From Nannocystis bainbridge (GTDB taxonomy: Bacteria > Myxococcota_A > Polyangia > Nannocystales > Nannocystaceae): a stretch of DNA of 64,000 nt. This document shows positions 57,709 to 64,000 of the stretch, one piece after another. Location: positions 2,848,001-2,912,000 of the forward strand of contig NZ_JAQNDL010000003.1 of assembly GCF_028368995.1 (NCBI RefSeq), read 5' to 3'. The first letter of the stretch is position 1, and each line of letters opens with the position of its first letter. The notes beneath the pieces were generated by a model. That model was not told the origin of the DNA. It saw only the letters and a program-made list of their open reading frames with translations, and made no database searches. A program made the translations under genes and the position numbers.

Positions 57709-58728
57709 ATGCTCTCCACCTCGGCCCGCCTGCTGCGCCTCGCCAGTCTGCTGCAATCGCGCCGCCACTGGTCGGGAGCGGCGCTGGCGGAGACTCTGGA
57801 GGTGGACACGCGGACCGTGCGGCGCGACGTCGATCGCCTGCGTGAACTCGGTTACCCGGTCGAGGCCTCGGCCGGCATCGGTGGCGGCTACGCCCTCGGC
57901 CGCGGCGCCGATCTGCCGCCGCTGGTGCTCGACGACGACGAGGCGGTGGCGCTGGCGATGTCGCTGCGCGTCGCCACCGCGTCCATCGGCGGCATCGAGG
58001 ACACCGCGCTGCGCCTGCTCGCGAAGCTCGACCAACTGTTGCCGGCGCGACTGCAGCGGCGCGCGTCGGCGTTGCATGCTGTGACGATCGCGCTGCGCAT
58101 GGGCGAGCCGCTGGCGAATGCCGACATGCTGACCGGCATCGCGACCGCATGTCGCGATTGCCTGACCCTGGAGTTCGCCTATCGCAATCATCGCGGCGAC
58201 GCGAGTCGTCGGCGGGTCGAACCCCTGCGCATCGCGAGCTACGGCCGGCGCTGGTACCTGATCGCCTGGGATCTTTCACGCAGCGACTGGCGCACGTTCC
58301 GGGTCGACCGCATCGTGGCCCGGCCGATCACCGGCCCCGTCTTCGCGGCGCGCACACAACCGGCCGATGTCGCTGCGCACATCGAGCGCGGGATCACCTA
58401 CGCGCCGTTCGCCTGCCGGGTGACGCTGCGACTGAAAGGGAGCGCGACCACGCTCGCGTCCCGCATTCCCACCTGGTGCGGGATCCTCGAACCGGACGGC
58501 GCCCGCCACAGCCTGCTGCGAGTCGGGGCCGACAGCATCGAAGCGCTGCTCGCTCAGCTCGCGATGGTGGGGCAGGACGCGGAGCTGATCGAAGGGCAGG
58601 AGCTCGTGCCGCAGATGGAGTCGGTGCTGAGCCGGCTCGGTGCGACCCTCGCATCGGGCGTCGCACGCACGCAGGCGACGACGAAGGCCCGGCGGTCGGA
58701 GCCGCCGAGCCGTGCGCAGCGACGCTGA
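57709..58728 (+). CDS. YafY-like HTH_11 + WYL transcriptional regulator
   Basis: RTVRRDVDRLRELGYPV...GGGY; RRVEP...RWYLIAWD...WRTFRVDRI. Confidence 0.92.
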   Translation: MLSTSARLLRLASLLQSRRHWSGAALAETLEVDTRTVRRDVDRLRELGYPVEASAGIGGGYALGRGADLPPLVLDDDEAVALAMSLRVATASIGGIEDTALRLLAKLDQLLPARLQRRASALHAVTIALRMGEPLANADMLTGIATACRDCLTLEFAYRNHRGDASRRRVEPLRIASYGRRWYLIAWDLSRSDWRTFRVDRIVARPITGPVFAARTQPADVAAHIERGITYAPFACRVTLRLKGSATTLASRIPTWCGILEPDGARHSLLRVGADSIEALLAQLAMVGQDAELIEGQELVPQMESVLSRLGATLASGVARTQATTKARRSEPPSRAQRR

Positions 58729-59224
58729 CGATGTCCGCGTGCAGCGGCGTTGCGCACCGCCGCCGCTTCGCTACCGCCGGGGGCGACCAGACCGGCAACC
58801 ACTTGCACGCCGGTGATGTATCCCGAAGCTCCAGCGCGTCGACTCGAAGTTAATCTCACGACCGGTACGCGGCCAGTCCGACCTCGTGGCCGGATCGGCG
58901 TCGAGCCGTCGGTGAAGGCCCGCGGCCCGTGTGAGCAAGATGCCATGTACGACACCGGCTACCCTGGCGCGACGGCGGGGATGCTCGCGCGGATTTGGTC
59001 CGTGACGTCGAGGCACGGCGACGCGGCGAGCACCTCTCGCCGCGTTCGTCGGCGCCGCCGCGTGGGCGCGTGGACTCGCGGTCATTCGTGCTTCGTCGCG
59101 AGACTCACCGCGTTCGTTCGCTGCGAGACCCTCGCCATCAGCGAGGCTCGCAGCTCGTCGGGCGGCGCGGCCGCCTGCACCGGCGGTAGCGTCGCTCGTG
59201 ACCGGCGGCTATCCTGGGCAACCC

Positions 59225-60412
59225 ATGATGACTAGCAATCTCGAGACTGTTCTTGTGCGTGTGATGGCGAGCCTGGGCCTGATGCTCACGGCCTGTACGA
59301 GCAACGGCGGCGATACTGCCGGCGTGACTGACAGCGGGACCGGCGAGTCCAGCGAGTCCAGCGAGACCGGGACCCAGTCGACCACCGATACGACGGTCAC
59401 GCCCACGAGCACGAGCGGTGAGTCTGTCTCCGGCACCGGCACCTCGACCTCGACCAGCGAGCCGACCACCGAGACGGACAGCGAGACGCAGGGCGTCGAC
59501 CCGACCGAGACTTCGACCACCACGACCGACGGCACGGCGACCGACGGCACCACCACGACCGACGGCACCACCACCACCGAAGGCACCACCACCTCGAGCA
59601 CCACCGACACGACCACGGACACCTCGAGCACCACCGACGCGCCGCCCGACTGCGTGCCGACCGAGCTCGTCGAGGTCTCCTGCGACAACATCGACAACGA
59701 CTGCGACGACAACATCGACAACGTCGACGTCGGCAACGACGGCATCTGCGACTGCCTCAACATCGGCATCCTCGGCGACTCCGGCTTCGCGCCGAGCTCC
59801 AACTTCGAGGCCTGGCTCGAGGACCAGGGCTCCGCGGTCACGCGCACCAAGCTGCTCAACAACCCCGGCGTGGTCACCCCGGCGTTCCTCGCCAACTACG
59901 ACCTCGTGCTGGTCGATCGCATCGAGCGGCCGCTCAGCGCCGACGAGGCCGCCGCGCTCGAGGCGTTCGTCAAGGACGACGGCCGCGGCATGATCACCCT
60001 CATCGGCTACAACTTCGACAACCTCAACCCGGCCCCCGAGCGCGACCGGGCCAACACCGCGCTGGCGCCGTTCGGCCTGGCCTACCAGGGCGGCTACTTC
60101 GGCAACCAGGTCATCCCGACCTTCGACCAGAGCCACCCGATCTCGATGGGCGTCTCCGATGTCAACTTCGCCGGCGGCATCCAGCCGGTCGACATGGAGA
60201 ACCAGGGCACGTCGGAGGTGTTCGCCACCGTGATGGCGTCCAACGCCGGCATCGCCCACCAGACCGACATGGAGGGCGGCCGCGTGGTCGTGTGGGGCGA
60301 CGAGTGGATCACCTTCGACAGCGACTGGCAGGGCTACGCCGACGTCCAGAAGTTCTGGGTCAACATGTTCTCCTGGGCCAAGCCGAAGGACTTCTGCGGC
60401 GCCCCGCAGTGA
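59225..60412 (+). CDS. Lipoprotein with Thr-rich linker, CDxxDNDCD Ca-binding-type motif and GATase-like C-terminal domain
   Basis: Lipobox LTAC; EVSCDNIDNDCDDNID; GGRVVVWGDEWI. Confidence 0.75.
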   Translation: MMTSNLETVLVRVMASLGLMLTACTSNGGDTAGVTDSGTGESSESSETGTQSTTDTTVTPTSTSGESVSGTGTSTSTSEPTTETDSETQGVDPTETSTTTTDGTATDGTTTTDGTTTTEGTTTSSTTDTTTDTSSTTDAPPDCVPTELVEVSCDNIDNDCDDNIDNVDVGNDGICDCLNIGILGDSGFAPSSNFEAWLEDQGSAVTRTKLLNNPGVVTPAFLANYDLVLVDRIERPLSADEAAALEAFVKDDGRGMITLIGYNFDNLNPAPERDRANTALAPFGLAYQGGYFGNQVIPTFDQSHPISMGVSDVNFAGGIQPVDMENQGTSEVFATVMASNAGIAHQTDMEGGRVVVWGDEWITFDSDWQGYADVQKFWVNMFSWAKPKDFCGAPQ

Positions 60413-60531
60413 GCCCCCGCGCCGCGCCACTGGCAGCGCCCGGCTTCATGTGAGATCCGGGCCGCTGCAATCATCACAGCCGCGATCCTTGCAATGTTTA
60501 TTGCCCGCAGCGAATGCGGGCACCGCCGTGC

Positions 60532-63381
60532 TCAGGCCTTTTGGGCCTCGAGCTCCGCGATGAATTTCGCGACCGCTTCCTCGCACGCCAGCCGCGGCGC
60601 CGTCTCGGTCCTGTCCGGTGGCAGCTCGACCGGCTGCCCCAGCTCCCGTAGCGACGCGACGCTCACCTGCATGTCGTCGAACCACGCGTAGCCCCGCCCA
60701 TCGGCCCATGCTTCGCGCAGGCCCGTGTGCGCCAGCGAGGCCGCGAGCTCGCGCTCGCCGAGCGACCGGTGCGCCGTGCCGAGGATCGCCGCGATCCGGC
60801 TGCCATGCCGCGCTGCCGCCTCGTTCGCCGCGGCGATCGCCTCGCGCGCCGCCGCCGGTCGCCCCGTCTCCGCCATGCACACTGCCAGCCACGCATAAGC
60901 GCGCGCCGCGTCGCTGCCGGCGCGCCGCGCCAGTTGCACGGCCGTCGCCAGGTGGGCCTCCGCGCGCTCGTACGCGCCGTCGCCGGCGGCAATGCGCCCG
61001 ACGGTCAGGTTCCACAGCTTCGCCCGCCCCGGCAACCACCGCCGCGTCAACAGGAACGCGGCGTCCTTCAGGTGCGGCTCGGGGTCGTCGTCGGCGGCGA
61101 ACGCGATCATCGCCCGGGCGCAGCGGACCGTGATCGGCTCGTCGGTGCCCAGCGCCTCAAAATCGGCCTCCGCCTCTTTCCAGCGGCCCAGCGCGGCCGC
61201 CAGCTCGCCGCGGGCGCTCAGCACTGGCCGCAGCTCCGCCGACCGGCGGTCGCTCGCTATCAGCAGGCGGTGCGTCTGCGTGTACGTCGCCAGCGCCGCG
61301 CGTGGGAAGTTGCCGGCCGCCAGCAGTCGACCCCATTGGAGCAGGCTGTACGCGAGGTTGGGCGGGAACCGCTGCTCGAGATCGAAGCCGACGCCGAGCT
61401 CCGTCATCGCCATCGCCTCGTCCCGCCGCCCGAGCTCCGCCAGCGCGTCCGCCAGATGGCCGATCTTGCTGGTGCGAGACCCGATCCCCGCCAGCCGCGG
61501 CGGCGCGTGCAAACCGTCGGCGAACAGCGGCACGAGCAGCTCGGCGAGCACCGGCCGCGCGTCGAGCCGGTCGATGAGGGGCGTCATCAAGCGCTGGTCG
61601 AACACCCGCGCGGCGCCCTCCAGATCGTTCACACCGAGCTCGGCGCGGTACAGCTCGAGCGAGCGCCGCAGGTCGGGCACGCCGCTCACGTCATCGGGCT
61701 CGGCGGGCGTGCCCGCGAAGTGCTCACGCAGCAGCTCCGCCACCGCCCGCCGCTCGAACGAGTCGAGCCGCCCCAGCGCGTGCGCGCGCACGATCGGGTG
61801 GATGTCGTGGCGATTGCTCGCGCGATCCCACAAGAGCAACCCACGCGCCTCGAGCAGACACAGATCGGCGTGCACCCCCGCAAAATGCTCGCGCACCCCG
61901 GGCAGCCGCGCGTACTTTTTCGCGAGCGCGCGGTGGACCTCCCACGCGGCGCACCGCGCCCGCAGCCGCTCGCAGCGGTCCTGCAGCGCCTTTCTGCGCC
62001 AGCGGTCGCTCGCCTTGGCCAGCTCGCGCTCGGCCTCCGCCAATTCGTCGTGCGGCGGCGGCAGCGGCCGGCGCAGCCCCAGCGGCGGCTTCGAGAGCGT
62101 GAGCACATCGTCGATGTCCGCCGCGAACTCGAGCGAGGCCAGTCGGCTCAAGAGCTGCTCGGCCCGCTCCGGCAACGCATCGAAGGCCTCCTCGAGGATG
62201 CGCTCCTGCACCCCCTCCTCGTCGTCGTCCTCGTCCTCGTCATCCTCGCCGCCGACGATCCGCCCCAGCGCCTCGGGCTCCTCGCGCAGCACCCCCGCCA
62301 GCGCGCGCCACAGCAGCACGTGGTGGCCGCTCCTCGCCATCGCCTGCATCGCCGGCGCCACCCACTCGGCTGCTGCATCGACCCCGAGTTCGGCCAGCAG
62401 CGCCATGACCTCCGCCTCCTCGAGACCTTCGAGGTCACACACCTCGATCCCCGGCGCCGGCCCCTCGCCATTCTTTTTCTCTTTTAAGAAATCACTCGGC
62501 AGCACCCGGCTCGTCGCCAGCAGGCGCGACGGCCCCTGCGTCAGCGCGCGCACGAACGCCCCGTCGCGCGGATCGACGAACGACCGCAGATCGATCTCTT
62601 CTGCTTCCGCATCCGGCAGGCGATGGTGGGCGACCAGGGCGCGCTCGAGTCCATCGACCACCAGCAAGAACGGCCGCGTCCGCAGGACCTCCAGCACCGC
62701 CGCCTCGAGCTCCGGACGCAGCCCGTAGTACGCCTCTGCCGGCGACACCCCGGCCGCATACACCGCGAGATGGCGGACCAGATCGTCGATCGACGATCCG
62801 GGCTGATACAGGCTGTAGCCGAGGCACCCGCTCCACTCTCCCAGCGGCAGCCGCCGCTCGAGCCACGCCCACACCAGCGAGCTCTTGCCCGCGCCCCCGC
62901 GCGCCGTCATCACCCGCACTGGCGGCCCGCTCGCCAGCCACGCGTCGAGCCCCGCGAACGCATCGGCGCGCCCGATCAGCGAACGCGGCGCGAACCACCG
63001 GTGAAGCAAGTACGGCGTCGGCGCGGCCGGCGTGACGAACAGGCTGCGCACCCGGTCCCACGCTTCCGCGTCGTCCTCGTCCGCGTCCTCCGCGAACAGC
63101 CGCAGCTCCGCGTACGCGCTCGGCCCGAGCGCTGCCGGCGGCGCGTCCTCCAGGTGCACGTCGGCCGGGCTCTCCGCGTCGCCGACGCGCACGAGCAGCA
63201 GCTCGCCCGCATCATCTGTCCCCGAGGACATGTCCTGCGGGACAAGCCCTGCCCGCCACGCCGCATCGATCACCGCCGCGCGCGCGGGCTCGGGCGCGTG
63301 AACGACGACTCGCCGACGGCTTCGCACCCTCGCAGGATCGCAGGACCCCCTCGTCGCCACAAGCGCCCGCCGGAGCGTCAT
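60532..63381 (-). CDS. STAND-like P-loop NTPase with degenerate DUF4062-like N-terminus and TPR-like C-terminus
   Basis: LIGR, ARGGAGKSSL, LLVVDGLE, LLATSR and HPIVR; helical repeats; RAAVIDAAWRAGLVPQDM. Confidence 0.7.
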   Translation of the reverse strand: MTLRRALVATRGSCDPARVRSRRRVVVHAPEPARAAVIDAAWRAGLVPQDMSSGTDDAGELLLVRVGDAESPADVHLEDAPPAALGPSAYAELRLFAEDADEDDAEAWDRVRSLFVTPAAPTPYLLHRWFAPRSLIGRADAFAGLDAWLASGPPVRVMTARGGAGKSSLVWAWLERRLPLGEWSGCLGYSLYQPGSSIDDLVRHLAVYAAGVSPAEAYYGLRPELEAAVLEVLRTRPFLLVVDGLERALVAHHRLPDAEAEEIDLRSFVDPRDGAFVRALTQGPSRLLATSRVLPSDFLKEKKNGEGPAPGIEVCDLEGLEEAEVMALLAELGVDAAAEWVAPAMQAMARSGHHVLLWRALAGVLREEPEALGRIVGGEDDEDEDDDEEGVQERILEEAFDALPERAEQLLSRLASLEFAADIDDVLTLSKPPLGLRRPLPPPHDELAEAERELAKASDRWRRKALQDRCERLRARCAAWEVHRALAKKYARLPGVREHFAGVHADLCLLEARGLLLWDRASNRHDIHPIVRAHALGRLDSFERRAVAELLREHFAGTPAEPDDVSGVPDLRRSLELYRAELGVNDLEGAARVFDQRLMTPLIDRLDARPVLAELLVPLFADGLHAPPRLAGIGSRTSKIGHLADALAELGRRDEAMAMTELGVGFDLEQRFPPNLAYSLLQWGRLLAAGNFPRAALATYTQTHRLLIASDRRSAELRPVLSARGELAAALGRWKEAEADFEALGTDEPITVRCARAMIAFAADDDPEPHLKDAAFLLTRRWLPGRAKLWNLTVGRIAAGDGAYERAEAHLATAVQLARRAGSDAARAYAWLAVCMAETGRPAAAREAIAAANEAAARHGSRIAAILGTAHRSLGERELAASLAHTGLREAWADGRGYAWFDDMQVSVASLRELGQPVELPPDRTETAPRLACEEAVAKFIAELEAQKA

Positions 63382-63403
63382 GTCTCAGTTGTCTCAGCCT
63401 ATC

Positions 63404-64000
63404 TCACGCCACCAGGCGCTGCTCGATCGCCGCCAGCGTGAAGCCCTGGTCGAGCAGCGCCCGCACCTGCTTCGCCTGCGCCTGCGCCTCCGGGCTCCAC
63501 AGGGCCGCCTTTCCGCGCCGGCCCTGCGCGGGCGCGGGGATCAGGCCGCGATCGATGTAGCGGTAGAGCGTCGCCCGACCGCAGCCCAGCGCCTGCAGCA
63601 TCGTCTCGACCGGGACCGCCGCCTGCTCGGCCCCTGGCTGAGACATCTGAGACACCATCAGGTCGACCAGCCGGTGCAGGAACGCCTCGTCGATCGGCGT
63701 GTGCTCGAAGAACAGCCACCAGTTGAGCGCCGCCCCCAGCACCTCGAACATCAGCGCCGGCCCGGCGCCCGCGGCGATCTCTCCGCGGGCCCGGGCGGCC
63801 GTCAGCACCTCCCGCGGCACCGGCGCGAACGCCTCGCGCAGCGATCGCACGATCGCCAGCAGCTCCGCGTCGTCGCCCTCGGCCACGAAGATGCGGAACA
63901 GCCCGCGGTACTCGGGGTGGGCCGCCAGCGCGGCGTTGCGGCGCGCCACCGCCAGCAGGTCGGTGCGCAGCGAGCCCGTGCGCGGCGACGTGAACACCTG
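63404..64000 (-). CDS. TetR-family C-terminal domain fused to a MerR-like HTH (5' end outside the window)
   Basis: P.TGSLRTDL...A.ARGEI (TetR_C), then LGCGRATLYRYIDRGLIPAP...GFTLAAI. Confidence 0.7.
   Translation of the reverse strand, partial: QVFTSPRTGSLRTDLLAVARRNAALAAHPEYRGLFRIFVAEGDDAELLAIVRSLREAFAPVPREVLTAARARGEIAAGAGPALMFEVLGAALNWWLFFEHTPIDEAFLHRLVDLMVSQMSQPGAEQAAVPVETMLQALGCGRATLYRYIDRGLIPAPAQGRRGKAALWSPEAQAQAKQVRALLDQGFTLAAIEQRLVA

Overview
High-GC window that looks myxobacterial (Nannocystis-like, inferred from Thr-rich lipoproteins, FG-GAP proteins and Ser/Thr kinases). Its main structure is a ~39.4 kb tyrosine-integrase island (14554-53946) inserted inside an FG-GAP lipoprotein gene. 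The insertion splits the gene at a DxDNDG-encoding 21-bp site: attL 14554-14574, attR 53926-53946, 7-bp core TCGACAA. Precise excision would rebuild an 831-aa ORF. The island carries: (1) a left arm full of TGTTGCTC-core repeats, a membrane-anchored double-HTH protein, an IS3 element and two kinase/partner pairs; (2) an operon encoding a lipoprotein with TcA-like features, a Sec-exported SpvB/TcB-RHS fusion with a NucA/NucB-type DNase tip, and a SUKH/DUF1851-like immunity protein, which together suggest a surface-anchored interbacterial Tc(ABC)-like toxin system; (3) a TIR protein and a PNP-STAND-TPR NLR-like protein with 14 near-identical 138-bp repeats. The flanks encode a sulfatase-PhoD fusion, a MACPF-like protein, GSTs, YccF, YbaY, a WYL regulator, a STAND NTPase and a TetR-MerR fusion, and carry a recurring 16-bp palindrome (ATGTCY-N4-RGACAT). 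All family calls come from motif recognition by eye; no database searches were run.
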